Part shown: in pieces, positions 49,962-60,973 of the stretch
Layout of the letters: the number at the start of each line of letters is the position of its first letter
Numbering within the stretch: position 1 is the first letter of the stretch
NCBI GenBank assembly: GCA_963827235.1
Contig: CAWHAE010000016.1
Coordinates: 256,001 to 320,000, forward strand
Direction: 5' to 3'
Source of the DNA: an uncultured bacterium
GTDB lineage: Bacteria > Chloroflexota > UBA5177 > JANWHV01
Length of the DNA stretch: 64,000 bases
The notes under the pieces: model-generated
Database searches by the model: none
The model's input: the letters and a program-made list of their open reading frames with translations, nothing else
What the model was told of the DNA's origin: nothing
Translations under genes and position numbers: made by a program

Positions 49962-51029
49962 ATGGCGGTGGCTCACGCCCTTGCCTGCATGGCCGGGGTG
50001 GCGCTCGTGATCCTGACGCTCCGATCGTCCGTCCGTACGTTCGTGCTTCCCAGGAGTGTCAACGATTCGCTGACGCGCGCGGTGTTCCGTGTCGTGCACC
50101 GGCTGTTCCTCGTGCTCGCGCCACCCTCACGCCCGTACGAGTACCGGGATCGCATCATGGCCGGATTCGCGCCCGTAGCCCTCCTGAGTCTGCCCGTAGT
50201 GTGGACCGCACTCGTCACAACGGGCTACGCGTGCATGTTCTGGGCGGCCGGGGCCGGTGACGTCCGGGCTTCGCTGACGATCAGTGCCTCGTCCATGGTC
50301 ACGCTGGGCTTTGCCGCGCCACGGGACCTGCTTCAGACCTTCCTTGCCTTCAGTCAGGCGTCGGTGGGCATGGTCTTGATTGCGCTGCTCATCTCCTACT
50401 TGCCGACCATCTACGGCGCCTTCTCGCGTCGCGAGCTGGCCGTGAACATGCTCGAGGTACGGGCAGGGTCGCCGCCCTCCGCTGTGACGCTGCTCACTCG
50501 GTTCCGGCGACTCGAGAAGCTCGACCGCATGGAGCAATTCTGGCAAACCTGGGAGATCTGGTTTGCCGAGTTGGAGGAGACGCACACGTCGCTCGGCTCG
50601 CTGGCCCTGTTCCGGTCACCCCATCCGGGACACTCGTGGATAACGGCTGCCGGCACCGTGCTGGACGCGGCAGCGTTGCGCTGCTCGTTGGTAGCGTTGC
50701 CACGTGAGCCGGAGGCAGAGCTGACACTGAGAGCAGGTTATTTGACCCTTCGTCACATCGCAGCGTTCTACAAGCTGCCGTTCGTCACGGAGGTCGACTG
50801 GCAGACACCGATCGGCGTCACCCGAGCGCAATTTACCGAGGCTTGCTCTCTGCTGGCGGAGGCAGGCATCCCTCTCAACGACGATCGTGACAGAGCATGG
50901 AGGGACTTTGCCGGCTGGAGAGCCTGCTACGACGGTGCCATGCGCGGCCTGGCTGCCCTGATCATCGTGCCGGATTCGCCCTGGATGCCGGTGCGGGAGA
51001 CTTCGGAACCCGCGGCGCCGGCGTCATGA
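49962..51029 (+). CDS. Membrane protein with a potassium-channel-like pore domain (TLGF)
   Basis: TM, SASSMVTLGF, TM, then ISYLPTIYGAFSRRE. Confidence 0.7.
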   Translation: MAVAHALACMAGVALVILTLRSSVRTFVLPRSVNDSLTRAVFRVVHRLFLVLAPPSRPYEYRDRIMAGFAPVALLSLPVVWTALVTTGYACMFWAAGAGDVRASLTISASSMVTLGFAAPRDLLQTFLAFSQASVGMVLIALLISYLPTIYGAFSRRELAVNMLEVRAGSPPSAVTLLTRFRRLEKLDRMEQFWQTWEIWFAELEETHTSLGSLALFRSPHPGHSWITAAGTVLDAAALRCSLVALPREPEAELTLRAGYLTLRHIAAFYKLPFVTEVDWQTPIGVTRAQFTEACSLLAEAGIPLNDDRDRAWRDFAGWRACYDGAMRGLAALIIVPDSPWMPVRETSEPAAPAS

Positions 51030-51237
51030 CAACCGCGGCGGAGTAGTCGCGGGGGCAGAATGCGCGTGATACGCGCCTGCCCGCCGTCTATGGGTGCCGG
51101 CGGCGAGCCCGCAGTTCAAGCCCTTCCCGTATGAATACAGTCCGGCCGCAAGCACCGCCGGCGGCCAGTCTGGCCATGAGTGCGTCGAAGGCGCTCGCAC
51201 TGCCTGCGCGTCGCGACCGGAGAGAATCCGACAGCAG

Positions 51238-51507
51238 CTATCCGCGGACCCGCTGCTCGCTGCGAGCGCGGGCTTTGGCGGCCTCCACCTCGCGGTTCCT
51301 GACAGGTGCCGGTGTCTGGAGCGCGGAAAGAAGCTCGGCGGCCACTCGGGAGATGTCTTCCACCGCGCGCGAGAACGCCACCGCGTTCCCGCGGGATGGG
51401 TGGTTGAAGCCGCTGATCTTGCGCACGAACTGCAGCGCCGCCGCGCGGACCTCATCCTCCGTGGCCGGCGGCTCAAAGTTGAACAGTGGCCGTATGTTCC
51501 TGCACAT
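51238..51507 (-). CDS. DUF2277 family protein
   Basis: MCRNIRPLFNFEPPATEDEVRAAALQFVRKISG. Confidence 0.92.
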   Translation of the reverse strand: MCRNIRPLFNFEPPATEDEVRAAALQFVRKISGFNHPSRGNAVAFSRAVEDISRVAAELLSALQTPAPVRNREVEAAKARARSEQRVRG

Positions 51508-51855
51508 CGCACCATGCCTCCAGCCAATCGTTTGTCTGCTGCGGTGCCGGCGCGGACTTGGCCGGACCGCCTCCACGGTCATGGCCTGCACCGGCCACAC
51601 GGTGATGATAAGATCTTGAGCACGCGAAACAACCCAGGTCCGGGCGATGCCGGCTATCACCGCACGGGGAGGTCGTGTGAGGAGTTCGCCCGGTCTCGCC
51701 GGGGCGCCATGACCGCGTTGAATGCCGCGAGGGCAACGGCAGCGCTACCAGAGAAACCCCTTGATCGTGTTTGTGCCGTAGCCCAAACTGCTGCCGCGCC
51801 GTTCGATGCCGGCGCTACGTTAGCAGCAGACGGCTGGTAGGGAGCTTCCGCCATC

Positions 51856-53079
51856 ATGGACCAGGACAAAGAGTGGCTGTTCACCAGGGATGCGGCAGTT
51901 GGGGGACGGATGTTCGCGCTCGGCAATCTCGTGGCGGCCAACCTGGACGATCGCGCCGGACGGCCGGGTAGCGCCCAGGCGAAAGGCGCCGGCATCGCGG
52001 CGTTCGACGCGTCTACGGGCGACATGGTCTGGAGCGTCCACGGCGTGCCCTCTCTCGCGGCAGTCAGCGAAGATACCGTCTACGCCTTCTCGCGCTCCGG
52101 TCTTGTCGTGGCTCTGAACAAGGATGGCAGCGAGCGCTGGCGTACGGCGGTACCCGACGATCGGACACAGTCTGCCGCGTCCATTGGGGAGCGCGATGGA
52201 CCATACACGGCCGACGTGCTGCCCGCCGGCCCGATCGTGACGATCGCGGCCGGCGGCGCGTTGCTGGCACTGGCCACGAATACCGGTCAGATCCTGGGCC
52301 GCACGGTGGTGTGCGTAGGCGAGAACGGCGTGGTGTCTCGCATAGCGCCGCTGCCTTACGGCGCCGTGGCAGTGATCTGCACGCAAAGGCCCGCATGGGA
52401 AGATGAGCTTGCGCATGCCGCTCGCACTCGATGGCAACCCGCGATCGCGGCGGAGCCGCAGCGCCCATTTCCATGCACAATTGCCGTGTTCGACGTCGAT
52501 TACCGGCTGCGATGGCGGTTAGGCACGGCCGAGCTCGGCAAGGTGTACAGCGCTCTTCGTCCGGCTGTGCTGGGCGGAAGCCGCATCGTACTGGCAGCCG
52601 CATCCCTGAGAGGCACGGGGGAGCTTGGCAAGACCGGCAACCTGGAGGACCAGATTATGGCGATTGACGGAGCGTCAGGGCACGTGCTGTGGCGGCGCGG
52701 CATGCCCGGCGGTCGCGGTCAGGTCGATCCTGTATCTGCCGGCGACGGTGTGATCGCGGGCTTCGAGCTCGTGCGCTATGCCAGTGTTGACGGTGCGGTA
52801 AGCTGGCACGCCTCGCCCGACGCGATCAAGCCGGTCGGGGCCGCGCCGTTGTTGGATGGTCGTCGGCTTCTCGTGGCAAGCAGGGGTACGATCCAGGCCG
52901 TCTCGATCGGCGATGGGGCAGTAATCAGCCTGGGCAGATTCGGGCGGGCCGCCCCCACCGCAGTGGCAACGACCAATCTCGTGCGCATCGGCTCGCACCT
53001 CTACCTCGGCGTTGACGAGCCCGGCTGGCACACGCAGTTGCGCGCCATAGCGCTAGAACCCGATACAAAGAGCGGTTGA
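51856..53079 (+). CDS. PQQ-like beta-propeller repeat protein
   Basis: Repeated A-x-D-x-x-(T/S)G-x-x-x-W motifs (AFDASTGDMVW, ALNKDGSERW, AIDGASGHVLW). Confidence 0.75.
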   Translation: MDQDKEWLFTRDAAVGGRMFALGNLVAANLDDRAGRPGSAQAKGAGIAAFDASTGDMVWSVHGVPSLAAVSEDTVYAFSRSGLVVALNKDGSERWRTAVPDDRTQSAASIGERDGPYTADVLPAGPIVTIAAGGALLALATNTGQILGRTVVCVGENGVVSRIAPLPYGAVAVICTQRPAWEDELAHAARTRWQPAIAAEPQRPFPCTIAVFDVDYRLRWRLGTAELGKVYSALRPAVLGGSRIVLAAASLRGTGELGKTGNLEDQIMAIDGASGHVLWRRGMPGGRGQVDPVSAGDGVIAGFELVRYASVDGAVSWHASPDAIKPVGAAPLLDGRRLLVASRGTIQAVSIGDGAVISLGRFGRAAPTAVATTNLVRIGSHLYLGVDEPGWHTQLRAIALEPDTKSG

Positions 53080-53244
53080 CATGAATCCGGCGTTTGTCCT
53101 TGGCGGTGTGAAAGCTCGGCCAGCCGCTGTATAGTAGTGCATACAAACGCTTGTCGGGCTGCGGTCGTCCGTTCGCACCCGTGAACTTGTGCCCCGGGGC
53201 GACTAGCCGGCAGCCGCACTGATCTTGTGAGAGAGGGGGGTCTC

Positions 53245-54036
53245 ATGCGACGCGTGTCAGGCAGCTTCTTGGCGGCAGCGGCAGTCCTGTACCTTTTCGG
53301 TGTCCCGGTTGGTGCGCATGCGCAACGCACGTCGTACCAGATATCCGCCTCGTACATGACGACCGAGGAGGCCTTCAACGCCTACAACGCCAAGAGCACG
53401 GAGCCGCCGCCACAGGTCCAGGCCTACCCGGTGGGCGTCGCCAACGTGGGATTCTACTTTCACTACAGCGGCATGAAAGCCAACAAGGATACGTTCCGGG
53501 TCGGCTTCACTGCCAAAAACGCGGAAGTGCGCCATGGCTCCCTACATACCTTCGACGGCGAAGCTGGCGAAGAGACGCTGGCGATCCCTGCCGCGACCAT
53601 GCAGCGACTGGGTAGCTACAAAGCAACTCTGTATATCGACAACGTGGCGGCGAAGTCGGCCGGCTTCAAAGTGATCGTCACACCGAAGGTATCAAAGGCT
53701 TACATGATCACTGAGCAACAGTGGCAAGCGTTCGGACCGACGAGCAAGAACGATCCACCCGCGGCGGCGAGCTTTGCGGCGGGCGTGAGCCGCGTGGGCG
53801 TGTTCTACTCGTACACCGGAATGGCCAAGACAGACGTACATTACGTGGGAGTCTACAACAACGCCAACGGCAGCCAGTTACACCGCAGCGACGACAACAC
53901 GCCGCAATACGTGCCGAGCGGCGCCCTGGCCATTCTCTTGCCCGCCGATGCCGGTCGCTATCCGAAAGGGGCATACCGGACAGACCTGTACATCGATCAC
54001 GCAATGGTGAAAAGCATCACGTGGGCGGTGAAGTGA
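53245..54036 (+). CDS. Secreted protein with two tandem homologous beta domains
   Basis: Signal peptide ending AHA; duplicated YMxTE...GVxxVGxxxxYxGM...GxYxxxLYID. Confidence 0.8.
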   Translation: MRRVSGSFLAAAAVLYLFGVPVGAHAQRTSYQISASYMTTEEAFNAYNAKSTEPPPQVQAYPVGVANVGFYFHYSGMKANKDTFRVGFTAKNAEVRHGSLHTFDGEAGEETLAIPAATMQRLGSYKATLYIDNVAAKSAGFKVIVTPKVSKAYMITEQQWQAFGPTSKNDPPAAASFAAGVSRVGVFYSYTGMAKTDVHYVGVYNNANGSQLHRSDDNTPQYVPSGALAILLPADAGRYPKGAYRTDLYIDHAMVKSITWAVK

Positions 54037-54085
54037 GGAGAATGGCGGCGCCCAGCCGTAGAGTCTCTCACCTGAAGCCCCCGGA

Positions 54086-55027
54086 TCATTCCAGATCCAG
54101 TTCCCATGTTTCCTCGACGAGATCGTGGCCAAAGCTGTGGTGCGGAGAGCTGGCAACAAGCCGGAAGCCTGCCTTGCGGTAGATGGTGCGTGCTTCAACG
54201 AGCAGGCTCTGCGTCCAGAGTGTGACACGCCTGTAGCCGCGCTTGCGAGCAAAGCGCATGCACTCCTGCACCAAGCGCGTGCCCAGGCCAAGGCCGCGAG
54301 CTCTCGGCTCGACCAGCAGGAGCCGCAGCTTCGCCGTGGAATCGTCGACTCGGACGAGGAAGACTGATCCAACCACGCTTCCGCCCATCTCGGCGATCCA
54401 GCACGCTTCGCGTTGCGCATCGAAGTTCTTCACGAAGTCAGACACGATCTGTGCCACCATGGCCTCGAATTGCCGGTCCCAGCCGTACTCCTGTGCGTAG
54501 AGAGCTCCATGTCGGTGCACGACCCAGCCCATATCGCCCGGCTCCGGGGTCCGCAGGAAAAATGGCTCGGCGAACTTGAATCCGGCCCCCTTGTCCAGCA
54601 CGTCCTCGATTGTGTGCATGGCGGCCAGCAGTCGCTGCTGATCGACTTCACTCAGCTCTGCAAGGAGCTCGTCCACCTCCTGGCGTGAGCGACGGTCTAG
54701 CAGCTCGTACGCCTCGCGACCGCGATCGGTCAAGCTCAGAAGACGCTGCCGACCGTCGTCGCCGGAGCGCGCCCGCGCCAGGACCCCCTGCTCTTCCAGC
54801 CTGCCCAGGAGGCGGCTGAGGTAGCCCGAGTCAAGGCCCAGCGTGCGACCGAGTTTGGTCAGCGTAAGATTCTCCCGCTGCGCGAGCTCGAAGATCGCAC
54901 GCGCCTCCGTCAGTGAGTAAGCGCTGTGCAACAGCGACTCGCGAAGCACGCCCAGGCGGCGAGTGAACATGCGGTTGAACCGCCTGATCGCCGCGATGCG
55001 ATCTTCAGTTCCATTCCTCGATTCCAC
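54086..55027 (-). CDS. Bifunctional MarR-HTH / GNAT acetyltransferase
   Basis: IRRFNR, LDSGYLSRLL, DGRQ; LRLLLVEPRARGLGLG; GTG start after GAGGAA (alternative starts slightly upstream). Confidence 0.93.
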   Translation of the reverse strand: MESRNGTEDRIAAIRRFNRMFTRRLGVLRESLLHSAYSLTEARAIFELAQRENLTLTKLGRTLGLDSGYLSRLLGRLEEQGVLARARSGDDGRQRLLSLTDRGREAYELLDRRSRQEVDELLAELSEVDQQRLLAAMHTIEDVLDKGAGFKFAEPFFLRTPEPGDMGWVVHRHGALYAQEYGWDRQFEAMVAQIVSDFVKNFDAQREACWIAEMGGSVVGSVFLVRVDDSTAKLRLLLVEPRARGLGLGTRLVQECMRFARKRGYRRVTLWTQSLLVEARTIYRKAGFRLVASSPHHSFGHDLVEETWELDLE

Positions 55028-55369
55028 GCGCGCTTCCTCTCTTGCCATTGGCATATAAATCCCTGCCTCAGGCAACTATATCACTTTCCGGGTTTGGTGG
55101 CGGCTCAATGATCGCCTACACATTCACTGTCACCTGATCAGATCATGAACTGGTCAGCCGCGGCGCATGGCGGATCAAACTGCTTACCCGGTCCGCATGT
55201 ACGTGACCTGCAATGGAAGCAACGCCGCTATATGCTCGACGCCGACCTATGCCACCCTATGGGATCCTATCCATAGGATACGAGCCGGAGGGGTGCCTTC
55301 GGGACCGCACCGTCGAATAGAGCCGGATGATCTGGCGCTAACGGGCGTACTCGTCGCCCTGCGCTCCGT

Positions 55370-57567
55370 CTATCGCCTGCGGGCCGGGCGACGGGGCAAC
55401 CACCAGTTCCATTGCCCGAGCACACGGATGGTCGCAGGCACCAGCAAGCAGCGGATCAGCGTGGCGTCGAGCAAGATAGCGATCGCCAGGCCCAGCCCAA
55501 TCGCCTTGATCAGCACGACGTCGGCGAAGGCGAAGCTGCCCGCTACCACGACCAGAATCAAGCCGGCACTGGTTATAATCCTTCCCGTACATTCCAGACC
55601 GCGCGCCACGCTCAGGGCGTTGTCGCCCGTGAGCAGGTACTCCTCGTGTACGCGGCTGAGCAGGAAGACCTCGTAGTCCATCGACAGCCCAAACAAGATG
55701 CAAAACAGGACGATCGGCGTGACGTCGTCGATGTGCCCGGCCGGGGTGAAATCGAACACGCCGCTCAGATGGCCCTGCTGGAATATCCAGACTACCGCAC
55801 CATAGGCTCCCACCAGGCTTAGCGTGTTCATGAACACCGCCTTCAGCGGCAGGATCGCCGAGCGGAGAAAAATAAGCAGCACAACGTAGGTGACTCCCAC
55901 CACAAAGAGAATGCATAGGGGAAACTCGTTGTACGCGCCGGCCAGGTAGTCCATTGTGCTGGCCTGGGCGCCGCCGACGTAATGCACGAGGCCGCCGCCG
56001 ATCTGTCGCCCTCGAATCCGGCGCACCAGGTCGTCGAGGCTGTTCGTGGACTGACCGGGAGCAGGCTGGAAGGCAACCACGGTGGTCCCATGTCCGGTGA
56101 AAGCCTCGATCAGCGGCCCAAGCCGTGGATCCAGCAGATAGCGCCGCACATCCTGGTACTGGGCGCGCGTGGCAAACGGCACCGTGGTCACGAGACTCAG
56201 CGTCCTGCTTGCGTCCACGCCGGGATCGCGGTCCACGGCCTGGACCCAGTCGTAGAGTACGCCTACGAGTGCCGGCGAGAGCAGGTCACGCTGCGCGTGC
56301 ACGACGGCGACGATCGGGCGGTTCTGATCCTGGAGAAACTGCCGGTTCAACGTGTCGAAACCGGCACGCGACTGCGCCGAGCGCGGCAGTATCGTGGCGT
56401 CGGGCACGTCCAGGTGGAGGGTCGCGAACGGTGAGGCGATGGCACCGATCGCGATCAGTACGGAGACGATGACCGGCCACGGGTGGCGTGTCACCCACTC
56501 TGCCAGACCGAACCAGAAGGGGCTCTCACCGCTCCGCCTCCACGGCACGACGGGCAGCGCTTCCAGACGGGTGTCCAGCACGCCGAGCAGGGCAGGCAGC
56601 AAGGTGAGCGCAGCCACCACGGAGACGAGGACGACCAGACTTCCCCCAGTCCAATCGACCGCAGAGCAACAGCCTTGTAGAGGAACAGTCCCGACAAGCC
56701 GATCATGACCGTGACGCCGGAAAACATGATGGCGCGGCCGGCCGTGCCGAGAGCGATCGCGATGGCCTCTTCAACCGATCTGCGGCGACGCTCCTCCCTG
56801 TAGCGGCTGACGATGAACAGCGTATAGTCGATGCTGACCCCGAGCCCGATGATGGTGGTCACGTTGAGGCAGAAGACCGACAGTTCGGCGAAGCTGCCGA
56901 TGGCGAATACCAACGCCATCGTCGGTACGATGGAGCACAGTCCGAGGGCGAGAGGCACTCCGGATGCGGCCAGCGTGCCGAATACCAGGACGATCAGCAC
57001 GAACGCCAGCGGCAAGGCGTAAACCTCGACCTTCTGCAAGTCGTGTCGAGACATGGTCTGCAGATCGCTGGCCACCGCGGCATCGCCTGCCACGATGACC
57101 TGCAGGCTCGCGCTGCGCACCGCCCCACGCACTCTGGTGACCAGCTCGTCGACGTTTTTCACGTGGGCGCCGTACTCGAGGATGGCCAGCGCGGAGTGGC
57201 CGTCGACCGACACGAATCGCTGTCCGAGCTGATGCAAGGTGTGGCGAGTCTGAGTATCGATTCGCACGACGCCCGGCAACACCGCGGCCGGGGCAAGCGC
57301 CGCATCCATCGCTCGGCGAAACGGCGCGTCCGTAGCCCGCAGTTTCGAGCTCGAGAAGATGATCGAGAGACTGGGATTGAACGCCAGGTCGGCCGTAAGC
57401 AGATTATTCGCTCGCTCGGACTCGCTCACTCCGTTGCTGAAGCCGCCACCTTTGAGTACGCTGTCAACCCGCAACGCGAACGGCGTGCTGGTAAGCAGCA
57501 CGGTCACCCATATGACCAGCACGATCGACCGCCTGCGGTACATGGCACGCCCAAGGCGGTAGAACAA
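55370..57567 (-). pseudogene. MMPL (RND) family transporter with a -1 frameshift in a G5 run at 56643-56647 (probably a sequencing error)
   Basis: GLGVSIDYTLFIVSRYREE and FGLSMDYEVFLLSRVHEE halves lie in different frames; one added G gives SIGLGGSLVVLVSVVAA. Confidence 0.9.
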
Positions 57568-57837
57568 CTAACGGACCCTCCTTATCGGGACACTATCGCC
57601 GTCTCCAGATCACCGGCGGACCGGCGAGCCGCACCGGTACGAGGCACGCCCGAACAGGAGGCTGGGTACGGTATTCGCAAGCGGCGCAAGCCGAACGCCG
57701 CTCGACCGGCTGGCCGGGGCAGTCCGGCGGCGGGCTCGGCGGTGACGACGATCGCCTGGTCAATCTCAAGGAACGGCATCACCTGCACCGGCCGTGCTCA
57801 TTGAACTCGCCTGCGCGCAACTGCGAGAGTGAATCGA

Positions 57838-57846
57838 ATTATACCA
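57838..57846 (-). promoter_or_regulatory. Extended -10 promoter upstream of the MMPL gene
   Basis: Minus-strand TGGTATAAT in an otherwise GC-rich spacer. Confidence 0.6.
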
Positions 57847-57953
57847 AGTGACCATCCGGCATCGGGCCTCGATCCGGTTGTGCCCGTCGATCGCGTCCAT
57901 CGAGCGCACCCGACTGTGGAAAGCGGGCGCGATCTGCGCTAGAGTGATCGTGC

Positions 57954-59585
57954 ATGGGTCGCCAACTCGGACTCGCTGTTGTCGACGTATCGATTGGACG
58001 CTGTGTGGTCCCTATCGCCGACCTGCCGTCTGCGCCCTTGGAATTGACTCGCCCGCGCGACATCCTGTTCCTGACCATGGCCCTGGCCGCGTTCGGCTTC
58101 ATAGGCGCACTGGATCAGAACGTGATAGTCACCACGCTGCCGCGCATGCTGGGCGATACGGGTGCGCCGTTTCTGGTGTTCTCTCTGCATGGAACGGCAT
58201 CGCTGCAGCTCGATCGAGCGGGATGGCTGGTGACCGGCTACCTGCTGGGCTACGTGGCGGTCCTACCCCTGATGGGCGCGGTGAGTGACGTGCGCGGCAG
58301 GCGCCAGGTCATGCTGGCAGCCCTGGCGATCTTCCTGGCAGGCAGCGTTGTGGCGGCACAATCAGGCGAGCTGCCCCTGCTGGTCGCAGCCCGCACAATA
58401 CAGGCGATCGGCGCCGGTGCCTTCCTGCCCGTCGCTCTCGCCGCAGCCTCCGATCAGGTCGGGGCGTCCAGGCTGGGTTTGGTGCTCGGCATGATTGCCG
58501 CCGCCGCCGAGCTGGGCGGCGTGTTCGGGCCGTTGTACGGAGCGTTCGTCACCGAGCACAGCGACCTTGGATGGAGAGCGATCTTCTGGCTCAACCTGCC
58601 TATCGTGGCATTGCTGCTGCCTCTGGCGTTGCGCCTGCCGGCCGGGCGGCGGCAGAGCGCGGTAGACTATGGAGGCGCTCTGCTGCTGGGTGGGGCGTGG
58701 GCAGCCCTAGTTATAGGTTGCAGCTCCAGCGGCGCCTTCGCTTCTGACGTCGGTGGCGGCACAAGTAATCGCTGGTACCTGGCCGGGAGCGCCGGCCTGC
58801 TGCTTCTGCTGTGGCGCCTGGAGCGCCAAGTCCCAGTACCGTTGCTGCCTGTAGTTGCGCTGCGCAATCGGACCTTTATCGGCGCTTGCCTGACCAACTT
58901 GTTAGTCGGAGCGGCGCTCGGCGTGGCAATTGTCAGCGTGCCGATCTACGCCACGACGGTCCTGGATATATCTCCGGTTCAGGGCGGGCTGCTCCTCCTT
59001 CGCTATCTCCTGTTGCTGGCCGTGGGTGCCGCGGCAGGCGGGTGGTTGTGCGACCGGCTGGGGCCGCGTCCGGTGGCCGTCACCGGCCTGCTGATTGCCA
59101 CGGGCGGCTATTGGCTGATGCGCGACTGGTTGGTGGCTCCGCCCTATACGCCGTCCCTGCTGCCGCCCGCGGTGGCAGGCTTCGGTGTTGGCCTGGTGGC
59201 GGCTCCGGCAACCAGCAGTGCCCTGGCCGTCACGGGCCGCGATGCCGGAGGTGTCCTGGCGAGCATGATCACGGCTGCGAGAATGATCGGCACGATGGCC
59301 GGGCTGTCGGCACTGACCAGCTGGAGCGGATGGCGCTTCCAGCAGCTTGCCGCCCATGTTCCGGTGCCGCTCGTAGCGGCTCATGCCGGGCTGGCAGCGT
59401 TCAAGCGCGCCATGGACGCCTATGGCGTGACCCTGCAGGAAAAGGAGCTGATCGTGCTGCGCGACAACTTTGCTCTTGCCGCGGCATGCACTGCACTGGC
59501 GGTGCTGCCAGCGCTTCTCCTGCAACTGGGGCGCCGGCTCGCCAACCCGGCGACCGCGAGGGCATCACCGGGGCAGGGCCCCTGA
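57954..59585 (+). CDS. DHA2-type MFS transporter (P55/Rv1410c-like)
   Basis: LDQNVIVTTLP, GAVSDVRGRR, GWRAIFWLNLP. True start probably at 58006-58038. Confidence 0.88.
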   Translation: MGRQLGLAVVDVSIGRCVVPIADLPSAPLELTRPRDILFLTMALAAFGFIGALDQNVIVTTLPRMLGDTGAPFLVFSLHGTASLQLDRAGWLVTGYLLGYVAVLPLMGAVSDVRGRRQVMLAALAIFLAGSVVAAQSGELPLLVAARTIQAIGAGAFLPVALAAASDQVGASRLGLVLGMIAAAAELGGVFGPLYGAFVTEHSDLGWRAIFWLNLPIVALLLPLALRLPAGRRQSAVDYGGALLLGGAWAALVIGCSSSGAFASDVGGGTSNRWYLAGSAGLLLLLWRLERQVPVPLLPVVALRNRTFIGACLTNLLVGAALGVAIVSVPIYATTVLDISPVQGGLLLLRYLLLLAVGAAAGGWLCDRLGPRPVAVTGLLIATGGYWLMRDWLVAPPYTPSLLPPAVAGFGVGLVAAPATSSALAVTGRDAGGVLASMITAARMIGTMAGLSALTSWSGWRFQQLAAHVPVPLVAAHAGLAAFKRAMDAYGVTLQEKELIVLRDNFALAAACTALAVLPALLLQLGRRLANPATARASPGQGP

Positions 59586-59645
59586 CGGTGCACTCTGCCT
59601 CGGATGCAGTACAACCCGCGACAAAGAGTCCAACCGGCAAGCGCG

Positions 59646-59682
59646 CAAAGTGCCAGGCAAGGAACGCATGCCTGGCACTTTG
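59646..59682. terminator. Hairpin between convergent genes
   Basis: CAAAGTGCCAGGCA-N9-TGCCTGGCACTTTG, perfect 14-bp stem. Confidence 0.7.
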
Positions 59683-59728
59683 ACAGGAGCACGCAATGCC
59701 GTCCGTCCGGCAGCCCGTGCCCGCAGCC

Positions 59729-60160
59729 CTACGAGCTGGCCGCCGGAGCTTTCTTTGGCGCCGGCGTGATAGCGCCGGGGTATTCCGTGCCGGCCGAGCC
59801 TTCAGGATAGGGGGCCCAATTGGGTGAGAATACGCGTGTCGGCTTGCCGGCGCGCACCGCTTCGCGAATCGTATACATGGTTCTGGGCGAACCGCCTGAG
59901 CGAAACACGACGACGCGATCCGCGCGGTCTATCATCTCACAGCTACGCGAGTAGTACGCGCGAGTTCCGCTCGTCCAATCCGGGGGCGTGCGTTCTACTG
60001 TGAGACCGCGCCGCTCGGCGGCTCGTCCCGCGATTTGATCGACGCCGCGGGCATCGCACCCGATCACAATGGTGTCTTCCGGCAATTTGGCCACGAAATC
60101 CTCAACATCTTCCATGCTCGGGTATTCGCGGCTGCCGCAAATCAAGACCCGCTCGGCCAT
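59729..60160 (-). CDS. SLOG superfamily (YspA/DUF2493-like) protein
   Basis: VLICGSREY, ARGVD, C-terminal TMYTIREAVRAGKP. Confidence 0.75.
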   Translation of the reverse strand: MAERVLICGSREYPSMEDVEDFVAKLPEDTIVIGCDARGVDQIAGRAAERRGLTVERTPPDWTSGTRAYYSRSCEMIDRADRVVVFRSGGSPRTMYTIREAVRAGKPTRVFSPNWAPYPEGSAGTEYPGAITPAPKKAPAASS

Positions 60161-60337
60161 GCTGTTTAGCTCCCCTACCGTTCCGATTATCTGTTGACTG
60201 TCAACCAATCCCGCGGCCTCGCTGCACCGGAACCGCCGGGCCCCTGCCATATGAGCCCGCATACCTGCCGCTCACGCTGGCGAACCGCCTAGCTCGGTTC
60301 CCTGACATCGGAATGATACCAAGTCCGAGAGGGCCCA

Positions 60338-60973
60338 CTAAAGTCGAGACCCGCGCGATCTAGCACGCCGGCGAAGTGCCGAAGGCGGCGCCGCGCCGGC
60401 AACCGCCGCAGCTGGCGGTTCCAAGTCGATGGACTGATGCTTGGCGAAGACGCGCTCCTCAAATTCCTCGAGCAACTTCTCGCAGCGCTCTATCCAGGAT
60501 GCCGTATCCTCGCGCTTTGAGGCACCGTACCAGTCGCGCTCGACCACGCGATCGAACCACCGGCGGATCTTGTCCAGATCCTGGCGGATCTCCTCCGCCT
60601 CGGCATACGTGTAGTTCTGCCGGAAGTTCTCGAACTCAATCTCCTTGCTGAAATTCACCTCGCAGTTCTCTATGATCTCGTCGTACTGCTGATTGCTCTG
60701 GGCGAGGAAGCCCTCGACAATCTTAGCCTCCTCCTCGGCCGGTAGCGCCCTCAGCGGCAGCAGATGATAGCTGCCCCCCAACGAAGCGACCCGCTGGGTC
60801 ACGCTCTGCAGCGGCGCCTTCAGCCCAGGCAGAGTTGGGAATATACAGACGCTTTGCTGAAGGTAAAGAGCTCCCATTCGCTTGAGCTCGCGCCACACTC
60901 CCACCCGCGCGGCTGAAGGCTGGCTTGGCACCTGGTAGATGAAGAGCTGATATTGACGATGCGTCTGCGCCAA
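60338..60973 (-). CDS. ChrB N-terminal-domain (PaaX-like) protein
   Basis: YQVPSQPSAARVGVWRELKRMGALYLQQSVCIFP, RDWYG; TTG start after GGAG (start uncertain). Confidence 0.8.
   Translation of the reverse strand: MAQTHRQYQLFIYQVPSQPSAARVGVWRELKRMGALYLQQSVCIFPTLPGLKAPLQSVTQRVASLGGSYHLLPLRALPAEEEAKIVEGFLAQSNQQYDEIIENCEVNFSKEIEFENFRQNYTYAEAEEIRQDLDKIRRWFDRVVERDWYGASKREDTASWIERCEKLLEEFEERVFAKHQSIDLEPPAAAVAGAAPPSALRRRARSRGSRL

Noticed and set aside
57582-57788. Small ORF whose stop overlaps the MMPL RBS
   Set aside because: Low-complexity R/A/P-rich sequence with no motif; cannot be supported without homologs or ribosome profiling.
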